From the NCBI RefSeq assembly GCF_006345805.1, contig NC_043010.1, positions 67,146,001 through 67,210,000 of the forward strand: a DNA stretch of 64,000 nt, written 5' to 3'. Below the pieces are notes generated by a model. The model searched no databases, was not told the origin of the DNA, and saw nothing but the letters and a program-made list of their open reading frames with translations. Both the position numbers and the translations under genes were made by a program. Of the stretch, positions 12,233-24,559 are shown piece by piece. The stretch comes from Octopus sinensis (taxonomy: Eukaryota). Position 1 is the stretch's first letter; the number at the start of each line of letters is the position of its first letter.

Positions 12233-14117
12233 CTTTTGACATGGACATCAGGCAGTGATGAAGACAAGAGTGACCACACCAGCAATGGACAGAGCAGTGG
12301 CCACAGTAGCAATAACACCAATGACCACAGAGGAATTGATGAAAGAGAGAAAGAAAAAAAATAACATTAAAGATGCAATTCGATTTATAGGATTATTTAT
12401 ATATCTGGACATTGGTCATCCAAAATGCATCACCTCAAACCAAACGTTATCTCATGGAATATATCATACACTAAGATCTCTCATTTTATAGGTGCAGGCA
12501 TGGCTGTGTGGTGAAGAAGCTTGCATTGCAGCCAGGTGATTTTGGGTCAATCCTACAGAGCAATACCTCTTCTATTATAGCCCTTGGTTGATCAATGTCT
12601 TGTTGGTAAATTTGGTGTGTGTTAACGTATGTGTCAGTGATGCTGTTGCCATTATCCTCTTGTCAATAAATCAGCTGCTGGCACTTTGTGCCTTTGAAGG
12701 TGGGGTCAAATAAGAAATCTACCTCAAAACCAGTTAATACCCACTTAGTTCCGGGTTCAGTCCCACTGCATGGCACCTTGGATAAGTGTCTTCTACTATA
12801 GCCTTGAGCCAACCAAAGCCTTGTGAGTGGATTTGGTAGACGGAAACTGAAAGAAGCTCGTCATATATATATGTGTGTGTGTGTATGTGTGTATATGTAT
12901 ATATATATATATATCTGCATGTGTGTGTATGTTTGCGTGTCTGTGTTTTTCCCCCTGACATTGCTTGACAACCGATGCTGGTATGTTTATGTCTCCGTAA
13001 CTTAGCGGTTCGGCAAAAGAGACCGACAGGATAAGTACTAGGCTTACAAAGAATAAGTCCTGGGGTTGATTTGCTCGACTAAAGGCGGTGCTCCAGCATG
13101 GCCACAGTCAAATGACTGAAACGAGTTAAAGACAGAGTAAAGAGTAATACAGGTTAACGACAGGGAAGGCATTCAGCTGTAAAACACTGCCCCAATAATA
13201 TATTCATCTAACCCATGCTAGCACGGAAATACAGACATAAAAATGAATGAACAAAGGAATAAAATATATTGATATCAGTGTTTTTTGTCATGATGCAATT
13301 GAAGCCAAATTGGTCACCCTGTTTCCATTGGAGATTACTTTTGTTCTATCTAAGTGGAAGCTGATGCAAGAGTGGTACAAGATTTCTAAATTGAATATCG
13401 ATGGCACCCTGAATACAGAAGTTTCAAGATTAGTGAAGGTACTTTTATATGTTTCCTATTAGGAAATAGATAATATATATATTTTACTTTTAAAGTAGGG
13501 ATATATATATATTGATAAACCCGTCACTTATAACTTACTTATAAGTGTTTTCATTATACATAAATCCTGACTCCAGCTACATAAACGCCATAGCGAGAAA
13601 TATATACTCTGAAACGCTAACGGACATTTTATGCGTGCATGTATTTTGAAGATAAATAAATTTGTGTTCTTTTAACCGCTATAAAAAATACATAGTTTCA
13701 TAATTGCAGAAATAAATTTCATTAACAAGTTGAAGAACACGAAGAAAGAGAAAATAATTACTACATTAGTTTAGGTACATTTAGCATTTATAGTACAATT
13801 GGAAAGTAAAGTCATTTTGTCGTAGAGAATTACGACTTAAAAATTCACACTAGTTAATCTTTCATACTAACTACTAGAGTTCAAAACAATTCAAATAAGT
13901 CTTGTTGGATTTAAGTCTTAAACATGGCATAAAAAATAGCCAATATCTCAAGGAGTGAGTGTCATGGAATTTAGTAACATCCAACGATCACCGAATAATT
14001 TCCCAAAAATCGTTTGGAAGATAATGAGGAGTGATTTTGCACTATGAGGTCCAGTGCATGCTGTGTGGCGGTAGGTTGTGTGCCTCAATGATCCTGAGAG
14101 ATGTGCCAAAGGACTGT

Positions 14118-14390
14118 ATTATTACTATTCAGGTCACTGCCTGGAATCGAACTCGGAATCTTTGGGTTAGTAGCCCGTGCTCTTAACCACTATGCCATAT
14201 GCCCATGGGCATATGGCATAGTGGTTAATAATGATAATAACATTGAAAAATACCTTCGGAATGAGAACCCAGGTTTAAAATTTCCCCAAGACACCTGATG
14301 ATGGCTGGAGGGTATATCAGCCGAAACGTCGTGTTAACAACAAACAAGATGAGGACAAATATCCGTCAATTGTAAATAATGTTCTTTCAG
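14118..14390. mobile_element. tRNA-headed repeat family E with inverted head and hammerhead-bearing tail
   Basis: Reverse tRNA-like head 14120-14205, palindrome 14184-14227, then the AAAAATACCTT.GGAATGAGAACCCAGG tail. A partial relative lies at ~51862-52305. Confidence 0.7.
14290..14335 (+). ncRNA. Minimal type I hammerhead motif in the tail of a tRNA-headed repeat
   Basis: GACAC-CTGATGA-T-GGCTG-loop-CAGCC-GAAA-CGT-C-GTGTT. The loopless ACGT stem III implies dimeric folding. Confidence 0.72.
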
Positions 14391-14974
14391 TTCTTTCTGT
14401 CCATTAATGACCTACATGCGATTAGATTTGGTAGAAGCAGTGTGGGAGATAATGGAACTTGCAGGGCACAGGCACGGCTGCGTGGTAAAAAGTTAGCTTC
14501 CTAACCACATGGTTTCTGGTTCAGTCCCACCGCATGGCACCATGAACATGTTTCTTTTACTTTAGCCTTAGGCCAACCCAAAAGCCTTATGAGTGGATTT
14601 CATAGGCGGAAATTGAAAGAAGTCCATTGTGTGTGTGTTTGTCCTCAACTGCAGCTTGACAACCAGTGTTGGTGTGTTTGCATTCCCCCATAACCTAGTG
14701 GCTCAGCAAAAGGGGTCCAATGTAATAAAAACCCTCCAAGGCAGTGCCCCAGAAAGGCCACAGTCTAATGAGTGAAACAAAGATAAAAAAGGTAGAGTTG
14801 TTAGAACAGGGGTCAGAGAATGACCCATCAGTGACCATTACACTGAAGCAGTGATAGTGATGTATCAAATCCCAAAGATGAGAGGTGGAGGGCATCCCTA
14901 AACATGATGGTGAGGGCTACTGATCCTTTAAAACGGGGTGAACCATCCAAAGTGAATTCTGTTGGGCTACGTAC

Positions 14975-15020
14975 CTGGCTCTGTTTTAAATACTGGTCAC
15001 ACTGGGGAAAATTTACTTCA
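14975..15020 (-). CDS. YKT6: YKT6 coding exon 5 (46 nt; EVNFPQCDQYLKQSQ)
   Basis: Pyrimidine tract plus CAG acceptor, GTACGT donor. 59+46 = 105 nt restores the frame and the total length of 198 aa. Confidence 0.9.
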
Positions 15021-15789
15021 CTGAAAAACAGAAAGAGAAGAAGTAAGAGGAATGTTTGCTATATTTTGTTATTGCCCACAAGGGGCTAAACATAGAGGGG
15101 ACAAACAAGGGCAGACAAAGGGATTAAGTCGATTACATCGACCCCAGTGCATAACTGGTACTTAATTTATTGACCCCGAAAGGATGAAAGACAAAGTCAA
15201 CCTTGGCGGAATTTGAACTCAGAATGTAATGGCAGACGAAATACTGCTAGGTATTTCGCCCGGCGTGCTAACGTTTCTGCCAGCTCACTGCCATAATGTT
15301 TGCTATAGGAGTGGCTGTGAGGTAAGTAGCTTGCTTACCAACCACATGGTTCCGGGTTCAGTCCCACTGTGTGGCACTTTGGGCAAATGTCTTCTACTAT
15401 AGCCTCGGGCCGAACAAAGGCTTGTGAGTGGATTTGGTAGGCGGGAACTGAAAGAAGCCCATCATATATGCTTGTGTGTGTGTGTTTACTCCCCACCCCA
15501 CCATTGCTTGACAACCGATGTTGGTGTGCTTACATCCCTGTAACTTAGAGCTTCGGCAAAAGTGACCGATAGAATAAGTACTAGGCTTACAAAGAATAAG
15601 ACCTGGGGTTGATTAGTTTGACGAAAGACAGTGCTCCAACATGGCCGCAGTCAAATGACTGAAACCAATAAAAGAGTATATCATCATTAGTATTTCACTG
15701 TCCAGTCTCTGATGTAGCAGAGCTAGGATCAAAGGCACTCCAACCTTGGCCATCCTGTTTTTTAGGATATCAGTGATTCCTTTATCTAA

Positions 15790-16140
15790 TCCTTTGGAAG
15801 ATAATGAGGAGTGATTTTGCCACCATGAGGTCCAGTGCACATTGCATGGCAGTAGGTTGTGTGCCTCAAAGATCCTGAGAGATATGCCAAAGGACTGTAG
15901 TCTCCTGGTAGGGGTTTCCTATGCTGGACAGGTTAAAAGACAGAGGTCAGACTAATTATGGACCACCTCTTCCCAAAGGTAAAAATGGGTTTGTGTAGGG
16001 CCAATCCCCCTACATAGATAAGAAATAAAAGCAAAGTTACAAAAGTATTGATGACAATTTAAAACAAACAAGGCCTGGGAGAAGAAGGCCATTCCTAAGG
16101 GAAACCTAAAATGTGGGGCAGTGGAACCCAAAAGGAAACA
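15790..16140 (+). mobile_element. Probable RTE (Expander/Rex3-like) 5' UTR fragment; relatives at 14033-14117 and 30710-30990
   Basis: Three local copies share GTGCCTCAA.GA.CC; two share CC.ATGCTG...AGG...AGACTAA. The clade assignment is from recalled similarity. Confidence 0.5.
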
Positions 16141-17628
16141 GCAAGGCCAACTCCCCTTCTTATTTCTCTATTGCCGACAAGGAGCTAAACAAGGACAGGC
16201 AAAGGGATTAAGTCGATTACATCAACTCCAGTGCGTAACTGGTACTTAATTTATCGACCCCGAAAGGATGAAAGGCTAAGTCAACCTCGGCGGAACTTTG
16301 AACTCAGAATGTAACGGCAAACGAAATACGGCTACGCATTTCACTAATGTTTCTGCCAACTCACCGTCTGATCAACAGAAGAAAATCACACAAGGAAGAT
16401 ACCCTAAAATAGCTAGAGGTAGGGTACTGAGGTACAACTGAAAAAGCAGGGATCTAACCAGAGGCATAGGTTCTAAACGTAGAGGGAGCAAGTGACACAT
16501 ACCAAACAATTTTTAACTCATTTCTCTTATAGTATGTGAAATATTTCATTAGTTTCAATATACGTAGTTGCATTCTACATTCATTAATATCGTGTTTCGT
16601 TAACAAGGTCATTGTGTATGAAACGTACAACTACTAAAATAGGTGTGATATGTAAAAGGTAAAACAATGGGATTATCCAGTGTTGAGAAGGTTATTGATA
16701 CTAGTGTTTTATTTTGGTTGTTCAGATGTCAGCAGCCATCAACACATCACAGAAGACTGAGCAGATAGTTCAAAAACACAAGGTGTGGGTCAAATAAAGG
16801 AAGGTCTCTAAAAGATCCAAAAGATTCTTTCAAGGCCATGTGATTATGCAATTTACAAAGAAAAAAAAAATGATTTTATTTTTAATGCACAACAATTTCA
16901 GTTGGTTATACTCGAGAGTGCTCCCATCTGGCCAGCCCCAAGGAAAAACTAAGCTAAGAGCATAAGATTCCTTGGAAGAAAGCAGTGAATGCATACGAAA
17001 ACAAGGACGGAAAAAAAAAAGAAGAGAAATGGTACACATGTGTTTGTGTGTGTGTGTTTGTCCCCCTAGCATTGCTTGACAACCGATGCTGGTGTGTTTA
17101 TGTCCCCGTTACTTAGCGGTTCGGCAAACGAGACCGATAGAATAAGTACTGGGCTTACAAAAGAATAAGTCCCGGGGTCGAGTTGCTCGATTAAAGGCGG
17201 TGCTCCAGCATGGCCACAGTCAAATGACTGAAACAAGTAAAAGAGAGAGAAAAGAGATACAAATAACTGGACATTAATAACGGGTGTCTTTCAACACAAA
17301 CGCATGAAATGTTGGGAAGGTGCCAATTTTGAAAGGTATGTTTGAAGGGAGCTGTCGGTCCCCTTGTTCCCCTATAAGCTACGCCACTGGATCCAATTGA
17401 AGAAAAGCAGAAGCGGAAACCCAGAATCAAGTACAGCAGAGAAAAGCCACCAATGGCTTCTGCTCCGTCAGGAGCGAAGGGTTCAAGTAAGTAAAAGAGT
17501 GATTTGAGGGAGATTTGGTTGCTATTTCTAGCATATCAAGGCTCCTTTGGTTTGCCTTTCTGGAGAGCATGGTCAATGCCAAAAATATTAAATAAGATAG
17601 GAATGAGTTTTAGATCTCAAGAACTTAC

Positions 17629-17687
17629 CTTTCTACTACGGTTGGCCATTTCTCAGGCGGAACTGCGAGTTTAAAGTCATCAAGAAC
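17629..17687 (-). CDS. YKT6: YKT6 coding exon 4 (59 nt; VLDDFKLAVPPEKWPTVVE-S)
   Basis: CAG acceptor and GTAAGT donor. Matches VLDEF....W. Phase 0 in, phase 2 out, fits its neighbours. Confidence 0.92.
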
Positions 17688-18211
17688 CTGCGATCATCAA
17701 AGACAAAGTCAATGTATGGGGAAGACAAGACGGTGAAAGTAGTGAGTTGAACAAAAAATAAGGGTCACAAAATAATCCCTGCAAACATAGACGCACACGA
17801 ACATTCTCACACACAGCTGACACCGTGTTCTATCAGTGTTGCATGCAGGGAGATAACTGCTGTCTTACTCAAGCTCCATACACACAACGCATAACATGCA
17901 CGTCTCTACAAACAGATTGACTGCCATCTACGAAACAGAAATGCCTAAAAACAGAATATTACTTGGGACACAACAACTATATCTATTTCTATTAGGATAA
18001 CTGCCAAAACATTTGGGGTCACACACACAATGGGCCTTTTTTCAGTTTCCATTTATCAAATTACCTCACAAAGTCTTGGATGGCCCAGGACTGTGGTACA
18101 AGACTAAAAGTGCCACACAGCAGGACCAAACCCAAACCCAAACCCAAACCCAAATGTTTGAGGAGCAAACTTTTAACTTTACAGCCATGCCTACACATAC
18201 ACACATTTCTT

Positions 18212-18781
18212 TATTACCTCCGCTTTAGCGAAGGTAGAGGTATTGTTTATTTGTCCGTGGACAATGTATCTCAAGAACCGCTGGATGGATTTGGATGAAA
18301 CTCTCAGAGATATTTGGCCCCATGACTAGTACAAACTGATTAGATTTGGGGATTAATCTGGTACCGGACAAGGATTATTTGTTATATTTACTTTACATGA
18401 TTACGATTTTACGTTAACTTTCAAGTCTTTCTCAATTATCTCCCTTTAGGCTGTAACTATTTTGAATGGTGAATTTGTTAACTTTGGTTTGTATTAGATA
18501 AAGATAAACTATTTATTGCTGTTATTAAATTTTCTACAGCCACCTTCATATTCCATGACTACCACTGTGATCAATCAGGTACCGGACAAGGATTCTGGAT
18601 TATTTTTCCTGTTTATTTTTACTTAATGTTTGAGAGCAGTCCGGTTCATTTTTAGCATTCTTGTTTGTGAGAGCAGTCGAGTTTATTTCAGATATTCTCA
18701 TTTTAAAGATCATCTCTGGTTAATCATTGAGAGGACATTGGTGTTGCCTTGGCAGAGGTTTGCACTCTCTGAATGTTAGTT
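18212..18781 (+). mobile_element. Helentron-associated (HINE/DINE-1-like) non-autonomous element
   Basis: 5' TTATTACCTCCGC, internal GGATGGATTTGGATGAAAC, 3' CCTTGGCAGAGGTTTGCACTCTCTGAATG..AGTT. Confidence 0.6.
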
Positions 18782-18970
18782 ATTATATACATGTATACAC
18801 GCACATATATATCAGAGAACAAAGTGTTAGACGAGTATAGTGTGCTTACTTTGTTCTGAAACATACATACGTACATGTATTGAGTTCTACACCAAGTTAT
18901 CAGAGAAGAAGAAAATGAACGAAATGAGAAATTAGGAAAGCTTTTAACAATGCAGAGAAGTTTTTAAAAC

Positions 18971-19158
18971 AATTATACTCCAGGTGCAAAAACATATCTT
19001 CAGAAGAATATGGTCAAATAAATGTGCGTTTACACAGATCCGGCCATTATGGATAGCCCAGATTTATTCTGGCAATCCAAAATGGCAGGATCTATGTAAT
19101 CAAACATTTCTTTGATGATATTCTTCTGAAGATAAGCCTTTGCACCTGGAGTATAATT
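18971..19158. repeat. Fold-back element in YKT6 intron 3
   Basis: AATTATACTCCAGGTGCAAA...GCCATT / AATGGC...TTTGCACCTGGAGTATAATT. Confidence 0.85.
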
Positions 19159-20230
19159 TTTCTTTTTTTAACTTTCATGCTGGTGGCATGTGTAAAAGGA
19201 TTCGAGCGAGGTCGTTGCCAGTACCGCCTGACTGGCACGTAAAAACCACCCACTACACTCTCAGAGTGGTTGGCGTTAGGAAGGGCATCCAGCTGTAGAA
19301 ACTCTGACAAATTAAGATTGGAGACTGGTGCAACCATCTGGTTCGCCAGTCCGCAGTCAAAATCGTCCAACCCATGCTAGCATGGAAAGCGGATGTTAAA
19401 CGATGATGATGATGATATCTGTTAAAATGAGATGTCTTATTTCCATTTTTGCTTAATTCAGACGACAATTTATTCACTGCACCCTGTATATACAAGACAC
19501 TGCTGGCTTTAAGGGTATTGCAAAAGGCCTGCTTGGGAGCCCAACTTTCTGAGTTCTTTTACAGGGCTTAGAGAAACTGAAGGACTGTTGCAGTAAGTGT
19601 GCAAATCTGAGGGGGGAATATGCTGAATAAAACTATTAGCACATCCGCCTGTATTTTCTTTTTACCCAAAGCCAGGAACTTTTAAGCCCCCCCCCCCTCG
19701 TATGTATATATGTGTGTGTGTGTATAAAAATTACAAAAATGCGACAAAAACGCAAAACATTCAGACAATTAGGTGATACAAAAAAGGGACAATAAAACAT
19801 CTAGACAGATGATACAAAGAAAACAAGGACAGGTCATTCAGAGTTTTCTTTCCTCAGTCAAGTTCTAGATTATCTTTGCAATTTCAGCTGGTTATACTTG
19901 AGATTGCTCCAATCTGGCCAGCCCCAAGGAAAAACTAAGGTAAGAGCATTATATTCCTTGCAAGAAAGCAGCAAATGTATACAAAAACAAGGACAGGAAA
20001 AAAAAAATGGAGAAATGGTACACAAATACAAATAACAGGACATTAACAACAGGTGTCTTTCAACACAAACGCATGAAATTTTGATAAAATCTGAAAAGAG
20101 AGGGAAAAGGTTAAGTAAATAATTTCCATAATGACCTTTATAGTCTATCAAAATTTCATTCATTTCTAAAGCTAAAAATTGAAACCCATCAGTGACTTTT
20201 GGGACACCCTGTAAATATAGAAACAATAAA

Positions 20231-20362
20231 GTATGGAGACTTGTTCATCCACAAAATTTATTTTCTCTTTATTTTACAATTTTAAACCACATATTATTAA
20301 TATGCTGTATAAAATTGTAAAAGAAGAGAGACTAAATTTTGTGGATGAACAAGTCTCCATAC
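20231..20362. repeat. Inverted repeat with 30-bp perfect arms in YKT6 intron 3
   Basis: 20231-20260 is the exact reverse complement of 20333-20362. Confidence 0.9.
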
Positions 20363-21237
20363 GCCATGTAATTATTATTAATATATACTCCAGGTGTTGT
20401 AACCATCCAGCAAAGCGAACACAGAAGTACCCACTGGAAGAATTCACAGAGCGACTGACTACTAACAGTCGTCACAGATGTTAAATACTGATCATAGTGG
20501 TTAGCCAGAAAATGGAATTTAACTGAGAGCCACCACAATATCATCATCATCACCACGTAAAAAGCACCATTCGAGCGTGATTGTTACCTGCGTCGTCTTA
20601 ATGGCACTTGTGCTGGTGGCACATGAAAAAACATTCGAGCGAGGTCATTGCCAGTGCCGCTGGACTGACTCCTGTGCAGGTGGCACGTAAAAAAACACCA
20701 TTTGAGCATGGCCGTTGCCAGTACTGCTTGACTGGCCCTCGTGCCAGTGGCACGTAAAAGCACCAACTACACTCTCGGAGTGGTTGGCATTAGGAAGGGC
20801 ATCCAGCCGTAGAAACTCTGCCAGATCAGATTGGAGTCAGGTGCAGCCATCTGGTTTGCCAGACCTCAGACAAATTGTCCAATCCTTGCTAGCATGGAAA
20901 GCGGACGTTAAATGATGATGATGATGATACCCGCCTGGATAATATATCCCTCCAAACTCATATATAATTAATACATATATAAGAGATGCTTTGCCCCATA
21001 CAGAAACTGCAGGAGCTACTCAGAGGTGTTTTGCAAGCTCTTCTAAATCCTTTGCAATGCTAGAAACCTTTTCATGTCATCGGCCGGTATCTTGAGCTCA
21101 CAAGCGTTTCACTCCTTAGCCGATATACTTCACCTGAGACAGGGAGCAAAGACTGAGCTAGTTTCAGCTGCCATGCCTATTTCCTTGATAGCTTTCTTTA
21201 GTTAGAGAAAGAGAGAACTATAGAAAAATATTCTTAC

Positions 21238-21338
21238 TTTAGAGAGCAATGTGTGAGCCACCCTCTGTGGATATTCATGGTCTGCTATCATAACACAGGC
21301 TAACGAATCACCTCGTAGGTAGACGTGGCAGAGGTAAT
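21238..21338 (-). CDS. YKT6: YKT6 coding exon 3 (101 nt; DYLCHVYLRGDSLACVMIADHEYPQRVAHTLLSK)
   Basis: TTTCAG acceptor and GTAAGA donor. Strong match to YKT6 DYLCHVYVR..IAD.EYP.RVA. Confidence 0.97.
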
Positions 21339-21991
21339 CTGAAATGAAGGAGAAAAATAAGTTTAAAACTTTCAGGCATAAAAACAAAATACAGTTAAAC
21401 AACAGGTCTACTGAATAAGGGCTGATCCTGTCAGCCAGATCCAGCCAGCATCAATGTTTGGTCTCGCTCCTGGGCTTTGACAGAGCAGATACACAGTGCC
21501 TCTGGCAGAGCTCACTGTTGCAAGCAGGTCCATGGTTAGAGAGTAACCCCAAAGTAACGGTCTCTTCTAACCTTCCTCACTCACTTCTCCAGTTTCTCAG
21601 AGGACTTTCAGTAAGTCTTTAAAAAAAAAAGTACTGGGGTCAATTTGTTCGACTAAAAATTCTCCAAGGTGGTGCCCCAGCATGGCCACAGTCCAATAAC
21701 TGAAACAAGTAAGAGACATACTCATGCACACACAAGCACACCTGCTTGGAACTTAGGGGCCATTATACCTATTCACACCTTATGGCCTAAGTACATCCTG
21801 AGCTAAATGTCTTCTGGCCCCCACCCCAAAGAAACTATCAGGTCTCCCACATAACAAACAGTACACAGAATCTACTAGAATTCATTGTCTCTTCTTTCCA
21901 CTGGACATATTCACACAAACTGTCAACACCCTGCCATTTTCTCTTCTCTTCAACCCCTGAACACATCACTTGCAAAAAAAACTGCACCTAC

Positions 21992-22074
21992 CTTGTTCTT
22001 TGACAGAGGATCTTGAAAATGGCTTTGAACGTTCTACTATAATTCTGCTGGTGAACTCCATAAACTCTTTGACA
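21992..22074 (-). CDS. YKT6: YKT6 coding exon 2 (83 nt; T-VKEFMEFTSRIIVERSKPFSRSSVKEQ)
   Basis: CAG acceptor and GTAGGT donor. Contains the conserved longin residues F39/F42. Confidence 0.96.
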
Positions 22075-22258
22075 CTGGACAACACAGAAATGGAAGATGA
22101 AGGTAGAATGAGACAACACAAAGAATAAATTGTAGACTTTCTTGGAAAACATGGTAACAGAATACTCGCTCCCAAATGCTAATATATGTGTATAAATTTG
22201 TCCATTCCTTTCTATGGTCACTGTTTCAAGCTACCTTGATTGGTCCACATTCAATTCT

Positions 22259-22668
22259 TTATTGCTCACAAGGGGCTAAACGTAGAGGGGACAAACAAGG
22301 ACAGACAAAGGGACTAAATCGATTACATCAATCCCAGTACATAACTGGTACTTATTTAATCGACCCCGAAAGGATGAAAGGCAAAGTCGACCTCGGCAGA
22401 ATTTGAACTCAGAACATAGCAGCAGATGAAATACCTATTTCTTTACTACCCACAAGGGGCCAAACATAGAGGGGACAAACAAGGACAGACAAAGGGACTA
22501 AATCGATTACATTGATCCCAGTACGTAACTGGTACTTATTTAATCGACCCCGAAAGGATGAAAGGCAAAGTCGACCTCAGCGGAATTTGAACTCAGAACG
22601 TAGCGGCAGACAAAATACTGCTAAGCATTTCGCCCGGCGTGCTAACGTTTCTGCCAGCTCGCCGCCTT
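22259..22668 (-). mobile_element. SINE A dimeric copy; further minus copies at ~7737-7930, 15067-15292, 16160-16367, 26376-26515, 54437-54657, 59035-59230
   Basis: Recurrent ~235-bp consensus seen repeatedly by eye. Confidence 0.85.
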
Positions 22669-23344
22669 GATTAGTTCACATTACTCCATAAGGAGCTTAG
22701 GGCCAGTCTCCTGGTTTCTCTCGAGTGTATATATTCTTCTCTGGATGGAACACCAATCTGCTGCAGGATGACACATTTTTACCAGCTGAGTGAACTGGAA
22801 AAACTTGAAATGAAGGGTTTTGTTCAAGAACAGAGTGCATCACCCAGTCCAGGAATTGAAACCACAATCTTACAATCCTAGTCCAACACCCTAACCACTA
22901 AACCATGTGCCTCAGCTTCATGCTAGCATAAGTTGAACAAAAACATACTGAGGTGTTGCTCAATGGGTATTGTTCTGGGGTATTGCTCAGAGACTGTGTA
23001 TGAAGCACTGTAGTGAAAGCCGAAAGGAAGTAACGTGGAACAACCTTCTCTTAGCAAGGAAGTGCAACAGACAAAAATGACAGCAAAGGTGGACAGAATC
23101 TCAAAGCACTGGCAGGTGGCTACACCTGGGGACAACTGAAATTCATTGCCATCGATTGAGACAAATGGAGACCTCTTGTCGGTGCTCTATGCCCCACGCA
23201 GAGTTAAAGGATTCCAAAGAAAAAACATACTACACTACACGCATGCATATATATATATATAAAGTTAATCCAAACATGAAAACACAACGTGAGGATGTGG
23301 AACAAGTATAGTGTTATTGGACACTCAGGAAGGGAAGAAGTAGG

Positions 23345-23379
23345 ATTTAACGTTTCGAGCTGAGCTCTTCATCAGAAAC
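23345..23379 (-). ncRNA. Minimal type I hammerhead motif, sense within YKT6 intron 1
   Basis: GTTT-CTGATGA-A-GAGC-TCA-GCTC-GAAA-CGT-T-AAAT. GUU triplet, weak stem I, loopless stem III. Confidence 0.6.
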
Positions 23380-23491
23380 ATAGGAAAAGGAAAGATCCAA
23401 GGAAGGGAAGACGGAGAAAAAAAAAAAAATCGCTAACAATACACAAGCGGTCACACACACACACACACACATACACACACACACACACACA

Positions 23492-23561
<70 letters not shown>

Positions 23562-24559
23562 ATATATATATATGACAGGCTTCCATACGGTTTTTATCTC
23601 CCAGTTTCATTTACAAGGTATCGGTTGGCCCACAATTACAGTGGATGACACTTGCTAAAAAGTACCATGCAATATTATAGAACTCAAGACCAAATGGTAA
23701 CAAAGCAAGCTCGGTATACACAAGGCCATGCTGTAGGAGTATCCAGGTGAGAAAGTGCATCTGACTATCTGTGTTATTGCGTACACCTTTTTGTATGTCA
23801 TGCACATGTGTGTTTGCATACACATGTACTTGGCCAAATGTGTATGCATGTATGCCTCGTGTGTATGTGAGAATGTATCAAGAATAATTAGATAATACAC
23901 ACACACACACACACACACACAGAAACAACACATTAGGTTGGAAAAAATAAAGTTTGAACTTTAGTTGTTCCTTCTAGCGTAAGGGAGTCCTATGATGGAT
24001 ACCTATTAATGTGTTTAAATGTACACTGTATTTTATATGAATAATATATATATATATATATATATGTGATAAATAAAAATATATGCATACATACAAACAT
24101 ATATGTACGTACCTACATCTACATGTATATATACATGCATATATAAATAATTATACGTGAGTACAGGACACCACAATAAGACGTAGAAACGGAAAAATAA
24201 AAAAAAAACAAAAAACAAGAAAACGTAAAAAACAGTTACAGGACGTGCTACACAAGGACAAAACCCCCGTCATCAGCTGTCGCTAGTAGAGTCAAGCATG
24301 TTTCGAAGACAGAGACAGAACACTAATCCACTACGCCTTCCTGCGTGAGAATTAAAATAAAATGACAAGCAGCGGGGCAAAATGAGTACGAACGCGAACA
24401 GGACGTAACAATAAAACTGCAAAAATAAAAGTACATGTACAAAAAATACAAATAAATACAAAACGAGAAAATAAAAAGAGAATACGATACAGGAAATCAA
24501 ACACACAAGAGCACGAACATGTATATCAAAATCAAATTTGACGACTGACATCCGTGCAA

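Noticed and set aside
12149-12491. Plus-strand ORFs overlapping exon 6
   Set aside because: They stay open because of the compositional bias of the antisense AG-free intron tract. No homology recognised.
15820-15970. HDV-like ribozyme in the RTE-like 5'UTR (also ~30715-30850)
   Set aside because: GGTCCA/TGGACC versus GGTCCG/CGGACC covary and a CTAA is present, but I could not place P1, P1.1, P2 and P3 together consistently. A covariance-model search on the family consensus would decide.
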